From positions 229 to 64,228 of the forward strand of contig JANWIA010000024.1 in assembly GCA_025450105.1 (NCBI GenBank): a stretch of DNA of 64,000 bases, read 5' to 3'. Of this stretch, positions 25,491 through 34,312 are shown piece by piece. A program made the position numbers and the translations under genes. The notes under the pieces were generated by a model. The model was not told the DNA's origin. It worked only from the letters and a program-made list of their open reading frames with translations, and did no database searches. The stretch comes from Candidatus Doudnabacteria bacterium (GTDB lineage Bacteria; Patescibacteriota; Doudnabacteria; UBA920; O2-02-FULL-48-8). Positions within the stretch are counted from its first letter, which is position 1, and each line of letters begins with the position of its first letter.

Positions 25491-26144
25491 ATGGAGACAC
25501 TAGTTAATTACATCAAACAACTTGGTGATCCGGATCAGCTGATTTTGTTGTTAAAGTCCCTTTTTTCCGGCCATCTTAGCTATCTTTTTTTATTTGCGGT
25601 GATTTTTGCCGAAACCGGATTGCTGATCGGTTTTATTTTGCCCGGGGATTCGTTCCTTTTCACAGTTGGGGTCGTTGCCGGTGCCGGGGAATTGAACATT
25701 TTGCTAATTAACATCATCCTTATTGCTGCGGCAATATTAGGTGACAGCGTAAACTACAGTTTAGGCCGGTTCATTGGCCAGAATGCTTACGCCCGTCCGC
25801 ACTCCGTATTTTTCAACAAGAAGCATTTAGAAAAAACCAAAAAGTTTTACGAAAAGCATGGAGTGAAAACAATTATCTACGCCCGGTTTCTGCCAGTTGT
25901 CCGGACCTTTGCGCCATTTGTTGCCGGTGTGGCCCAAATGAACTACAAGGAATTCCTAACTTACAATATTATCGGCGGCGTTGGTTGGGTAATTATTATG
26001 ACGATGCTCGGGTATTTCCTCGGCGACGTGCCATGGATCCGTGCGAATTTTGAAAAAGTAATTATCGGCATTATACTTACGTCATTCATTCCCCCGATTT
26101 ATGAGATGTTAAAGAAGGGCGAGAAGCCAACTTTAGAACCATGA
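25491..26144 (+). CDS. DedA/VTT family membrane protein
   Basis: The protein has hydrophobic segments and the pattern GYFLGD ... RFLPVVRTF. Confidence 0.7.
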   Translation: METLVNYIKQLGDPDQLILLLKSLFSGHLSYLFLFAVIFAETGLLIGFILPGDSFLFTVGVVAGAGELNILLINIILIAAAILGDSVNYSLGRFIGQNAYARPHSVFFNKKHLEKTKKFYEKHGVKTIIYARFLPVVRTFAPFVAGVAQMNYKEFLTYNIIGGVGWVIIMTMLGYFLGDVPWIRANFEKVIIGIILTSFIPPIYEMLKKGEKPTLEP

Positions 26145-27034
26145 AAGCACTTTTTTCTTTTCTAGTAACAATAACCGTTTTAGCCGCAGGCGCCATGTAC
26201 GTCCAATCTTTCAATGCGCCTTGTAATACGGTTCTAGAATACAGCGTCGGTTCCATTGACCCGCGCTTTGGACTAACCCAAAGTGATTTTTTGGCAGACA
26301 TCCAAAGTATGGAAACTGTTTGGGAACAACCGATGGGCCAGGAGTTATTCAAATATAATCCTGAAGCCGATTTCAAAATCAATTTAGTTTTTGATGAGCG
26401 TCAGCAAAAAACCCTGGATGAGCGCGATGCCCGCCAGGAAATAAACCTAAACGAACAATCGTATGCTGTGCTGGTTTCGCAATACAACAGTTTAAAGTAC
26501 CAACACGAACAAGCGGTTAAGAAATATAATTCGGATCAGGTTAGCTATGAAACCAGATTGGAAGCCTATAATGCCGAGGTTAACAAATTTAATAAAAACG
26601 GCGGCGCAACCCAGGATGATTACACCCGGTTAAGCGAGGAGAAAAAACTTTTGACCCAAATGGTCGTGCAATTGGAGCGTCAGCGCGTCGCCGTCAATTT
26701 GGAAGCCAAGAACTTGAATGATGTCGTGGATAGGATTAACGAAGTCGCGAGCAATTTAAATTTGGACGTTAATGACTACAACGGAAAATTCGGGACCTCA
26801 AAACAATTCGACCAAGGGGTATACACCGGCACTGCAATTAATATTTACCAGTTCAATGAAGAGACTGATTTGAAATTGGTGGTTGCCCACGAACTGGGGC
26901 ATGCCCTAAAATTGGAGCACGTGGAAGAACCAACCGGAATCATGTACTACTTGATGGGTCAGCAGGATTTGAGTAATATCCATTTAACGGCAGCAGATTT
27001 GTCTGAATTAAAAACCGTTTGTAAGGTAAAATAA
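26141..27034 (+). CDS. Membrane-anchored metzincin-like zinc metalloprotease with coiled-coil region
   Basis: A HELGHALKLEH motif (HExxHxxxxxH) and a Met-turn GIMYY are present, along with an N-terminal transmembrane segment. Confidence 0.6.
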   Translation: MKALFSFLVTITVLAAGAMYVQSFNAPCNTVLEYSVGSIDPRFGLTQSDFLADIQSMETVWEQPMGQELFKYNPEADFKINLVFDERQQKTLDERDARQEINLNEQSYAVLVSQYNSLKYQHEQAVKKYNSDQVSYETRLEAYNAEVNKFNKNGGATQDDYTRLSEEKKLLTQMVVQLERQRVAVNLEAKNLNDVVDRINEVASNLNLDVNDYNGKFGTSKQFDQGVYTGTAINIYQFNEETDLKLVVAHELGHALKLEHVEEPTGIMYYLMGQQDLSNIHLTAADLSELKTVCKVK

Positions 27035-27038
27035 TTTT

Positions 27039-27512
27039 ATGGACAAAAATTTGAAAGTTGTGGCAGTCAGTGGGGGATTTGATCCGGTGCATCCGGGCCA
27101 TGTCCGCATGTTCAAGGAAGCTAAAGCCCTTGGGGATAAATTAATTGTCATCCTCAATAATGATAATTGGTTGCACAAGAAAAAGGGTTATGTGTTTATG
27201 ACCGAAAAGGAACGGGCCGAAGTTATTCGGGCAATCAGATATGTTGATGAGGTATATGTTACTCAACACAAGGCCAATACTGATGATATGAGCGTGGTTG
27301 AAGCTTTGAAGAAAGTTAAACCGAATATTTTTGCCAATGGCGGCGATAGAAACAAAAAAAACGTCCCAGAAGTGGCCGTTTGTGAAGCAATAAAGTGCAA
27401 AATGGTTTTTAATGTCGGTTCTGGCGGAAAAATTCAGTCAAGTTCCGCGCTTGTTGATAAGGCTGCTAAAGAGGCGCCGCGCAAAGTCGCCATAAAAATC
27501 AAAGGAAAATAA
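27039..27512 (+). CDS. Cytidylyltransferase-like nucleotidyltransferase (HxGH family)
   Basis: The sequence contains GGFDPVHPGH. Confidence 0.65.
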   Translation: MDKNLKVVAVSGGFDPVHPGHVRMFKEAKALGDKLIVILNNDNWLHKKKGYVFMTEKERAEVIRAIRYVDEVYVTQHKANTDDMSVVEALKKVKPNIFANGGDRNKKNVPEVAVCEAIKCKMVFNVGSGGKIQSSSALVDKAAKEAPRKVAIKIKGK

Positions 27513-28034
27513 TTATCCCAATTTTTCGATGAAGTCCACCAATTGTTTGGTGGCTTTTTCTAATCCACCGGCCGCAAAAGAATTTTGAATCTCCAAATCA
27601 TAGTCGAGGACAAATTCGGCGCGCTTCAGATCCTCTTCCAAACGGTCAATGCCTCGGTAAACCTTTTGCATTTTTGGAATAATCTTAACGATTTTGACCG
27701 GATACTTAGCGTTGATCAGTGTTGTTACGCCTTCCTCAATCACAGCGGAAAGCAAATGTTGTTGTTTTAATTTACTGTCTAGTTCCGCAAATTCAAAACC
27801 ATATAAATTACCAGCATATTCGACCCGGTCCGCAAAGCCTTTTTGTGCATGAATGGCGTCGAACTCTTCCTTAGAAATTAAACGGTAAAAAATATCATCC
27901 TCTGCTGAACGGCGCGGTCTTGTGGTGGTGGAACGAAGCACCCCAATTTTATCGCCCAAAGCTTTCATGGTCTCGGACATGATTGCGGATTTGCCGCTGC
28001 CAGAAGGCCCGACCAAACAAATAATGTAATGCAT
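27513..28034 (-). CDS. Guanylate kinase-like P-loop kinase
   Basis: The motifs GPSGSGKS and TTTRPRR are present. Confidence 0.6.
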   Translation of the reverse strand: MHYIICLVGPSGSGKSAIMSETMKALGDKIGVLRSTTTRPRRSAEDDIFYRLISKEEFDAIHAQKGFADRVEYAGNLYGFEFAELDSKLKQQHLLSAVIEEGVTTLINAKYPVKIVKIIPKMQKVYRGIDRLEEDLKRAEFVLDYDLEIQNSFAAGGLEKATKQLVDFIEKLG

Positions 28035-28059
28035 ACATATAGTTTATCATAACAGTATT

Positions 28060-28110
28060 CAAAGGTGACCTTTGCAAAAGACAAAGGTCACCTTTGAATT
28101 CACCTTTGAA
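28060..28110. promoter_or_regulatory. Tandem palindromic operator-like sites (CAAAGGTGACCTTTG, CAAAGGTCACCTTTG, CACCTTTGAA) in a divergent intergenic region
   Basis: Two 15-nt perfect palindromes lie 7 nt apart, followed by a third half-site. Confidence 0.5.
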
Positions 28111-28186
28111 TTGATTGACCGCAAAGCTAATTAATGTTAAGCTGTGCTATCTTGAAATGTTATTTTTTTGCCAGTAAACTTCATAT

Positions 28187-29404
28187 ATGCCTAAAGTTTC
28201 CAAAGTTATCAAATCCCATAAAATTTTATTTAGCGTCCTTGGCGCCATTATTCTTGTTGGCGCTTTTTTGTATGTCTTCAATATCGATTTAAATGTCAGG
28301 GAAGGGCTTTTCGAAAAAAAGCCAGCACAAACCGCTCTTGGTGACAAAGAAGTGTCTGCTACCGCCAACGCCGTCCATTCGGAATGTGAGGCAAAGGCTC
28401 AACCAAGTGAAAAGTTTGATTGCTACGGCACAGAATTTGATACTTTTATGCGAGCCCAAGGCGGACGCAAGACTCTAGAATTATTGCAAAAGGTTAATGA
28501 CCTTGGTGGATATGCCCAAACCAATTGCCATCCGCTATCCCATGAAGTCGGTCACATTGCATTGCGAGTTTACAAAACCATTCCAGCCGCGGCTCCAGAA
28601 TACTTACCAACATGCAGCTCCGGTTATTACCACGGTTTGCTTGAAGAATATTTGGCCAATGTCCCAAGTTATGAGCAGGGGATTGCCGATGCCTGCGGCG
28701 ATCCGGAAAAAGAAATTTTCTTTAACTGGTTCCAATGCACCCACGGCGAAGGTCATGGCATTATGCAATTCCGCGACAATGAAGTCCCTCAATCTTTGGC
28801 GGACTGTGATTTATTGCCGGAAGCTAAGAATGCCCGTGAAATTTGTTACGGCGGCGTGTTCATGGAAAACATCACAACCGAAGAAAAAACTGGCCACGTT
28901 TCCAAATACATAAAAAAGAATGATCCAATCTACCCGTGCAACGGCAAGGAGATCGCGGAAAAATACCGCAGTGCCTGTTATTTCTTGGCCAGTTCGCAAA
29001 TCTTAAAGATTAATGGATATGATTTTCGCGATGCCAACAAATGGTGCGCCACAGTGGAAGATAATTACCGTTGGTTATGTTTTCAAAGCTTAGGTCGGGA
29101 CGTTTCCGGGGCAACCCTCCGCAATATCCCGCAGGTCATTGAAAAATGCCAATACGGCATTCCTAGCGATAATGCCAATTGTTTTTATGGTGCCGTTCGG
29201 GATTTTGTAAACGAGAAAGGGGAGTTTGATACCGGTATCGACCTTTGCAACCAGGTTCCAAATGATTACAAGAAAAATTGTTTCGAGGCAATATTTTTAG
29301 ATTTGGGATTGTATAAAACCGGCCAGGCTTTTTTGGACGTTTGCGACCGTACACCACAACCATACCGCGACCAATGCCGTGCCAAGCTTCCTCAAACCCC
29401 GTAA
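28187..29404 (+). CDS. Membrane-anchored Cys-rich extracytoplasmic protein, hypothetical
   Basis: There is an N-terminal transmembrane segment, and the 405-aa protein contains many Cys. Confidence 0.5.
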   Translation: MPKVSKVIKSHKILFSVLGAIILVGAFLYVFNIDLNVREGLFEKKPAQTALGDKEVSATANAVHSECEAKAQPSEKFDCYGTEFDTFMRAQGGRKTLELLQKVNDLGGYAQTNCHPLSHEVGHIALRVYKTIPAAAPEYLPTCSSGYYHGLLEEYLANVPSYEQGIADACGDPEKEIFFNWFQCTHGEGHGIMQFRDNEVPQSLADCDLLPEAKNAREICYGGVFMENITTEEKTGHVSKYIKKNDPIYPCNGKEIAEKYRSACYFLASSQILKINGYDFRDANKWCATVEDNYRWLCFQSLGRDVSGATLRNIPQVIEKCQYGIPSDNANCFYGAVRDFVNEKGEFDTGIDLCNQVPNDYKKNCFEAIFLDLGLYKTGQAFLDVCDRTPQPYRDQCRAKLPQTP

Positions 29405-29485
29405 TCGGCGACTATTGATATTTGGCGCGGAATTGCTATAATATTTTGGAAGTTGGGGAGAAATCCCTTTTAATATTGATTAATT

Positions 29486-30838
29486 ATGAAACGAAAAGGT
29501 CTTTACTTTAAATTTTTGGTTATCATTCTTTTGGCTGCTGGCGCCGGATATTTAGTTCACCCGGGTGGAAGCAAGATTAGCCTTAAGCCATTAGGGATCA
29601 ATTACGAAAAACAATATAACCTCAAACTTGGTCTCGATTTGCAGGGCGGCACGCACTTGGTTTACGAAGGGGATCTGAAGGATATTCCAAGCGATGCCCA
29701 GGCTGACGCCATGAATTCTGCGCGCGATGTCATTGAACGCCGCGTTAACGCTTTTGGTGTATCTGAACCGTTGGTTCAGGTTACCGGCACCAACCGTTTG
29801 ATTGTGGATTTGGCTGGCGTTAAGGATATCAATGAGGCTATCGATTTGATTGGACAAACCCCGTTTTTGGAATTTCGGGAAGAAAATCCTAATCCAACTT
29901 TGAAGCCAAATGAAAGCGGCGAGGTAACAATTTCACCAACCGATGCTTTTAGTGCCACTGACTTAACTGGAAAAGAATTTACCCGCGCGGTTTTGGAATT
30001 TGAACCAAACACTGGTGCCCCTCAAATTACATTAAATTTCAACGACGAAGGTACGAAGAAGTTTGCGGCAATCACCCAAAAAAATATCGGGAAGCGCGTG
30101 GCGATTTTCCTCGATGGTGACATTATTTCTGCCCCAACGGTACAAAGTGCCATTACCGATGGCAAGGCCGTAATTTCGGGCCAATTTAGCTTGGCAGAAG
30201 CCAAGGAATTGGTGACCCGATTGAATTCCGGGGCTTTGCCTGTGCCAATCAAACTGATCCAGCAACAGAACGTGGGCGCCACTTTGGGTTTGCTTTCGGT
30301 CAAGAAAAGTTTGGAAGCCGGGATCATCGGATTTATCATCGTCGCTTTGTTCATGATTATCTATTACCGATTGCCGGGTTTGCTCGCTGTCATTGCGTTG
30401 TCGATATATATTTTGATCAGCATCTCGTTGTTTAAGATTTTCGGCATCACACTAAGTCTTGCGGGCATTGCCGGTTTCATTTTGTCGATTGGTATGGCGG
30501 TTGACGCCAACGTTTTGATTTTTGAACGCACCAAAGAGGAATTGCGCAAAGGAAAAACTTTGCAGCAGGCAGTTGAGGACGGATTCAACCGGGCGTGGTT
30601 GTCGGTCCGCGATTCAAACGTCTCAAGTTTAATCACAACTTTTATTTTGGGATATTTCGGTACCAGCATTATCCGAGGATTCGCTATCACGTTGAGTTTG
30701 GGTATTTTGGTTTCCATGTTTACCGCTATTACCGTGACCCGAACTTTCTTGCGATTGTTGGTCGGCCACAACATTTTTGTAAATCACTGGTTATATGGAG
30801 TCCGTCACATGGCAGAGGAGAAACCACGCAATGCTTAA
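29486..30838 (+). CDS. secD: Protein translocase subunit SecD
   Basis: A SecD periplasmic domain is followed by a 6-transmembrane-segment C-terminus. Confidence 0.88.
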   Translation: MKRKGLYFKFLVIILLAAGAGYLVHPGGSKISLKPLGINYEKQYNLKLGLDLQGGTHLVYEGDLKDIPSDAQADAMNSARDVIERRVNAFGVSEPLVQVTGTNRLIVDLAGVKDINEAIDLIGQTPFLEFREENPNPTLKPNESGEVTISPTDAFSATDLTGKEFTRAVLEFEPNTGAPQITLNFNDEGTKKFAAITQKNIGKRVAIFLDGDIISAPTVQSAITDGKAVISGQFSLAEAKELVTRLNSGALPVPIKLIQQQNVGATLGLLSVKKSLEAGIIGFIIVALFMIIYYRLPGLLAVIALSIYILISISLFKIFGITLSLAGIAGFILSIGMAVDANVLIFERTKEELRKGKTLQQAVEDGFNRAWLSVRDSNVSSLITTFILGYFGTSIIRGFAITLSLGILVSMFTAITVTRTFLRLLVGHNIFVNHWLYGVRHMAEEKPRNA

Positions 30839-31730
30839 TATCATAAAATATTATAAATTTTGGTTTGCCGTTTCTGCGGTCATTTTTGTCATCGCGGTTT
30901 GGTCATTAGCTGTCCACGGCTTAAACATCGGTATTGATTTTAAAGGCGGCACTTTGTCGCAAATTAATTTTACTCAAGGCGTGCCTGCAAATGCTGAAAT
31001 TCAAGATATTCTGCGCCAAAATGATTATAACGATGCCATTATCCAGCCGTTGGAAGGCAACACAGTCATTATCCGAACCGGTCCGCAGGAAAAGGAACGT
31101 CACGACGCCATGATCAAAGTCCTGACCGATAAGTTTGGGGCTATTACCGAAGAGCAATTTAGTTCCATTGGACCAACAATCGGCAATGAATTACGCAGCA
31201 AGGCTTTTTATCAACTCGGCATTGTCAGTTTGGGGATTGTTTTCTACATTGCCTATGCATTTAGAAAAGTCGCCCGCCCCGTGTCGGCATGGAAGTTCGG
31301 TTGGGCCGCAATTATTGCGTTGGTCCACGATTTAGTCATTGTCATTGGGGTCTTCTCATTACTCGGAACATACTTTGGAGTGGAAATCGACAGTTTGTTC
31401 GTCACGGCGCTGTTAACAGTCTTAGGATTTTCGGTTCACGACACCATTGTCGTCTTTGACCGAATCCGCGAGAATTTGCGGGTGCGTGCTGGGCAATCTT
31501 TGCCAGACATCATCAACAGCAGCATCAATCAAACTTTGGTCCGATCCATCAATACTTCTTTAACCGTAGTTTTTGTACTGACATCAATGTTGCTGTTCGG
31601 TGGCGAAACAATCCGATGGTTTGTCATGGCGCTCCTGATTGGAATCGTTGCCGGAACCTACTCTTCGATTTTTATTGCCAGCCCAATTTTGATGGTTTGG
31701 CATAAGTGGGACATGAAGCGTAGGGGATAA
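30831..31730 (+). CDS. secF: Protein translocase subunit SecF
   Basis: SecF motifs are present. I chose the ATG at 30831, overlapping the secD stop. The track start at 30795 is also possible. Confidence 0.85.
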   Translation: MLNIIKYYKFWFAVSAVIFVIAVWSLAVHGLNIGIDFKGGTLSQINFTQGVPANAEIQDILRQNDYNDAIIQPLEGNTVIIRTGPQEKERHDAMIKVLTDKFGAITEEQFSSIGPTIGNELRSKAFYQLGIVSLGIVFYIAYAFRKVARPVSAWKFGWAAIIALVHDLVIVIGVFSLLGTYFGVEIDSLFVTALLTVLGFSVHDTIVVFDRIRENLRVRAGQSLPDIINSSINQTLVRSINTSLTVVFVLTSMLLFGGETIRWFVMALLIGIVAGTYSSIFIASPILMVWHKWDMKRRG

Positions 31731-31740
31731 CTTTATACGC

Positions 31741-31770
31741 AACCCGCCTAAAGTGGCGGGTTTTTCTTTT
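31741..31770 (+). terminator. Intrinsic terminator AACCCGCC-taaagt-GGCGGGTT plus T-run
   Basis: The hairpin is perfect. Confidence 0.8.
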
Positions 31771-31787
31771 GTGGAAAAGAGCTTGGC

Positions 31788-31816
31788 TTGACAATACGCA
31801 AATTTTGTGCTATACT
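31788..31816 (+). promoter_or_regulatory. Consensus sigma70 promoter TTGACA-N17-TATACT
   Basis: It lies 18 nt upstream of the ATG at 31834. Confidence 0.65.
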
Positions 31817-31833
31817 GATTGCGATAAATAGCC

Positions 31834-32961
31834 ATGTCTGAAGAAAATCGAGAAAACCAGGTAGGATCGAGTATTTTGGATACCATCATGGGCAGTCAGA
31901 CCCAAAGCAATTTGAATAGCTTTGAGCCAGCCCGGTTGGTCAGCCAAATTCTTACAAACCTCAAAGACCGTGACCGAGAAATTGTCACGAAGCGTTTTGG
32001 TTTGGACGGGAATGAAGTTGATACCCTGGAATCGATTGGGCAAAAGCACAATCTTACACGTGAACGGGTCCGCCAAATCGAAAAAGATTCTTTGGCCACC
32101 CTGAAGCAAAAGAAACTCAAAGACCTCGCCGAATCCTTACAACTTATTTTTGATACAATCGTTGAGCATGGCAATATTATTTCCGAAGACATGCTCATCC
32201 AAACGATTTTGGTCAATCGACCAGGTAACCGCGACGTAGCTGCGGTTAAATTTTTATTGAACCTGTCCGATCAAATTAAATTTATTAAAGAAACCGAAAA
32301 CTATCGGGCCTCATGGGCTGTAATTGGATTCGATACAAAAAAATTGGACGAAACCGTGGATGAATTGGTGAAAATACTTTCTTCATTCGGCAAAGTCATG
32401 CCGCAAGAAGATTTGTACAAGCGCCTTAAGCAATCCGAATACTTTGCTAAGCATTCTTTTGAATTGAATGATCGGGTAATCAAAAGTTATTTGGATGTTG
32501 CCAATAAAATTCAGATTAATCCGTTTATGGAAATCGGTCTGATGGATTGGACAGAAGTTAAGCCCCGCGACGTTGGGGATAAAGCTTATTTGGTCCTAAA
32601 ACATCACGGCAAACCGGAACATTATTCTCAAATCACCAAATTGATTAATGACCGGCACTTTGACGACCGAACCGCTTACCAGGAAACCGTCCACAATGAA
32701 TTAATTAAGGATTCACGATTCGTTTTGATTGGCCGTGGCACTTATGCCTTAACCGAATGGGGCTTTAAGAAGGGCGTAGTTGCCGATGTCATTCGCGATG
32801 TTTTGAAAGCATCAAATAAACCTTTAACCCGCGACGAGATTATTAACGAAGTTCTTAAGCAGCGCTTTGTTAAACGAAACACAATTCTGGTTGGATTGTC
32901 GAACAAAAAGTATTTTGTGAAAGTTGGCAAGGACAAGTACTCCCTCGTCGCTTCCGAATAA
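31834..32961 (+). CDS. Sigma-70 region 4-like HTH domain protein with long C-terminal extension
   Basis: The sequence contains VTKRFGLDGNEVDTLESIGQKHNLTRERVRQIEKDSL. Confidence 0.5.
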   Translation: MSEENRENQVGSSILDTIMGSQTQSNLNSFEPARLVSQILTNLKDRDREIVTKRFGLDGNEVDTLESIGQKHNLTRERVRQIEKDSLATLKQKKLKDLAESLQLIFDTIVEHGNIISEDMLIQTILVNRPGNRDVAAVKFLLNLSDQIKFIKETENYRASWAVIGFDTKKLDETVDELVKILSSFGKVMPQEDLYKRLKQSEYFAKHSFELNDRVIKSYLDVANKIQINPFMEIGLMDWTEVKPRDVGDKAYLVLKHHGKPEHYSQITKLINDRHFDDRTAYQETVHNELIKDSRFVLIGRGTYALTEWGFKKGVVADVIRDVLKASNKPLTRDEIINEVLKQRFVKRNTILVGLSNKKYFVKVGKDKYSLVASE

Positions 32962-32967
32962 AAATAA

Positions 32968-34302
32968 ATGCAATACATTTTTGAGTTTTTTGGAATACTT
33001 ACCAGCTCCTTGCTGGTAACAAGCTTGGCTGGTGCCATGTTTTTTGGCGCCGCGGTTTATATTTGGTATAAATTGCGCGTCCATGCCAAGCAAGTTGCGT
33101 ATGGCAAAAGCCTAAAGTTTATTTATTTGGAGGCGAAGATTGATCAATTAAATGAACGATCGCCCTTGGCCATGGAACAAATTTTTGCCTCTTTACACGC
33201 AATCTATTCCGGCTTCAGCTGGGGCGAAAAGTTTAACGGAAAATTTGTTTCTTCGACAACTTGTGAGTTAGTCAGTCTTGGTGGCCGTGTGTCCTATATT
33301 TTTAAAATCCAAGACCGTTATCGAAATTTATTAGAGAGCGCGATTTTTGCCCAATACCCGAAAGCGGAAATTATCGAGGTTGAAGACTATCTAAAACATT
33401 TGCCGCGATTTTATAATCCCGAGACTGCGGAATTTGATTTTTGGGGGACACAATTAAATAAGAGACTGGATGTATCAAAGTCCTGTTATCCAATCAGAAC
33501 TTACGGCGCGTTTGAGCATACCGAACAGGAAACCATTATCGATCCGTTATCATCAGTCATCGAGGTCATGAGCAACCTTCAGCCTTACGAGCTTATGGTC
33601 AGTCAAATTGTTTTTAAACCGGTTGATGAATCATGGAAAAAGAAAACCGAAGAAATTTTGCGCGGGTTGCGTGGCAATCCAAAGAAAAAATCGAAACCAG
33701 GAATTTTAGATGGTCTTTTGACAATACCCATGACCATCATTCACGAATTGGTCGGGATAGTTTTTCCAAAAGGTGAACCAGTAAAGCCGGAAAGAGCCAA
33801 AGAGGAACCGCCAAGTATGATCCAGCATTTGAGCGAAGGACAAAAGAATGTTTTGGCCGGAATTGAACACCAACTTTCTAAAATCAGTTACGAAGCAAAA
33901 ATTCGTTTGTTTTATTTGGCGCCAAAAGGTAAGCTCAACAAATCTCTTCGTATTCCGGAAATTATCGGGGCCTACAGAAATTTTGATGACCCGAGCATGA
34001 ACGGACTGAAGCCAGATTTGAAAAAAACCTGGACAGGCGTCAGCTATAAGTATTTTGAATCCTTAGAAAAACCGTGGCGTGACAGCCAGGAGCTGACCCG
34101 AAAAAGAAAATTTTTGATCGCATTCAAGGATCGCGACCACTTCAAGGGTTCGGGAAAATGTTATTATAATTCGGAAGAGATGGCTACACTTTTCCACTTC
34201 CCACAATCTCCAAATGCCCGTGTTAGCCAAGTTGAAAAGGTTGAAACGGTTAAGACTGCGCCGCCTTCTAATTTACCAGTTAGCGATATAGGACCCCTTT
34301 AA
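32968..34302 (+). CDS. Hypothetical membrane-associated protein (N-terminal transmembrane segment)
   Basis: The 444-aa protein sits upstream of the VirD4/TraD-like ATPase. Confidence 0.4.
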   Translation: MQYIFEFFGILTSSLLVTSLAGAMFFGAAVYIWYKLRVHAKQVAYGKSLKFIYLEAKIDQLNERSPLAMEQIFASLHAIYSGFSWGEKFNGKFVSSTTCELVSLGGRVSYIFKIQDRYRNLLESAIFAQYPKAEIIEVEDYLKHLPRFYNPETAEFDFWGTQLNKRLDVSKSCYPIRTYGAFEHTEQETIIDPLSSVIEVMSNLQPYELMVSQIVFKPVDESWKKKTEEILRGLRGNPKKKSKPGILDGLLTIPMTIIHELVGIVFPKGEPVKPERAKEEPPSMIQHLSEGQKNVLAGIEHQLSKISYEAKIRLFYLAPKGKLNKSLRIPEIIGAYRNFDDPSMNGLKPDLKKTWTGVSYKYFESLEKPWRDSQELTRKRKFLIAFKDRDHFKGSGKCYYNSEEMATLFHFPQSPNARVSQVEKVETVKTAPPSNLPVSDIGPL

Positions 34303-34312
34303 TAAAACAAAT

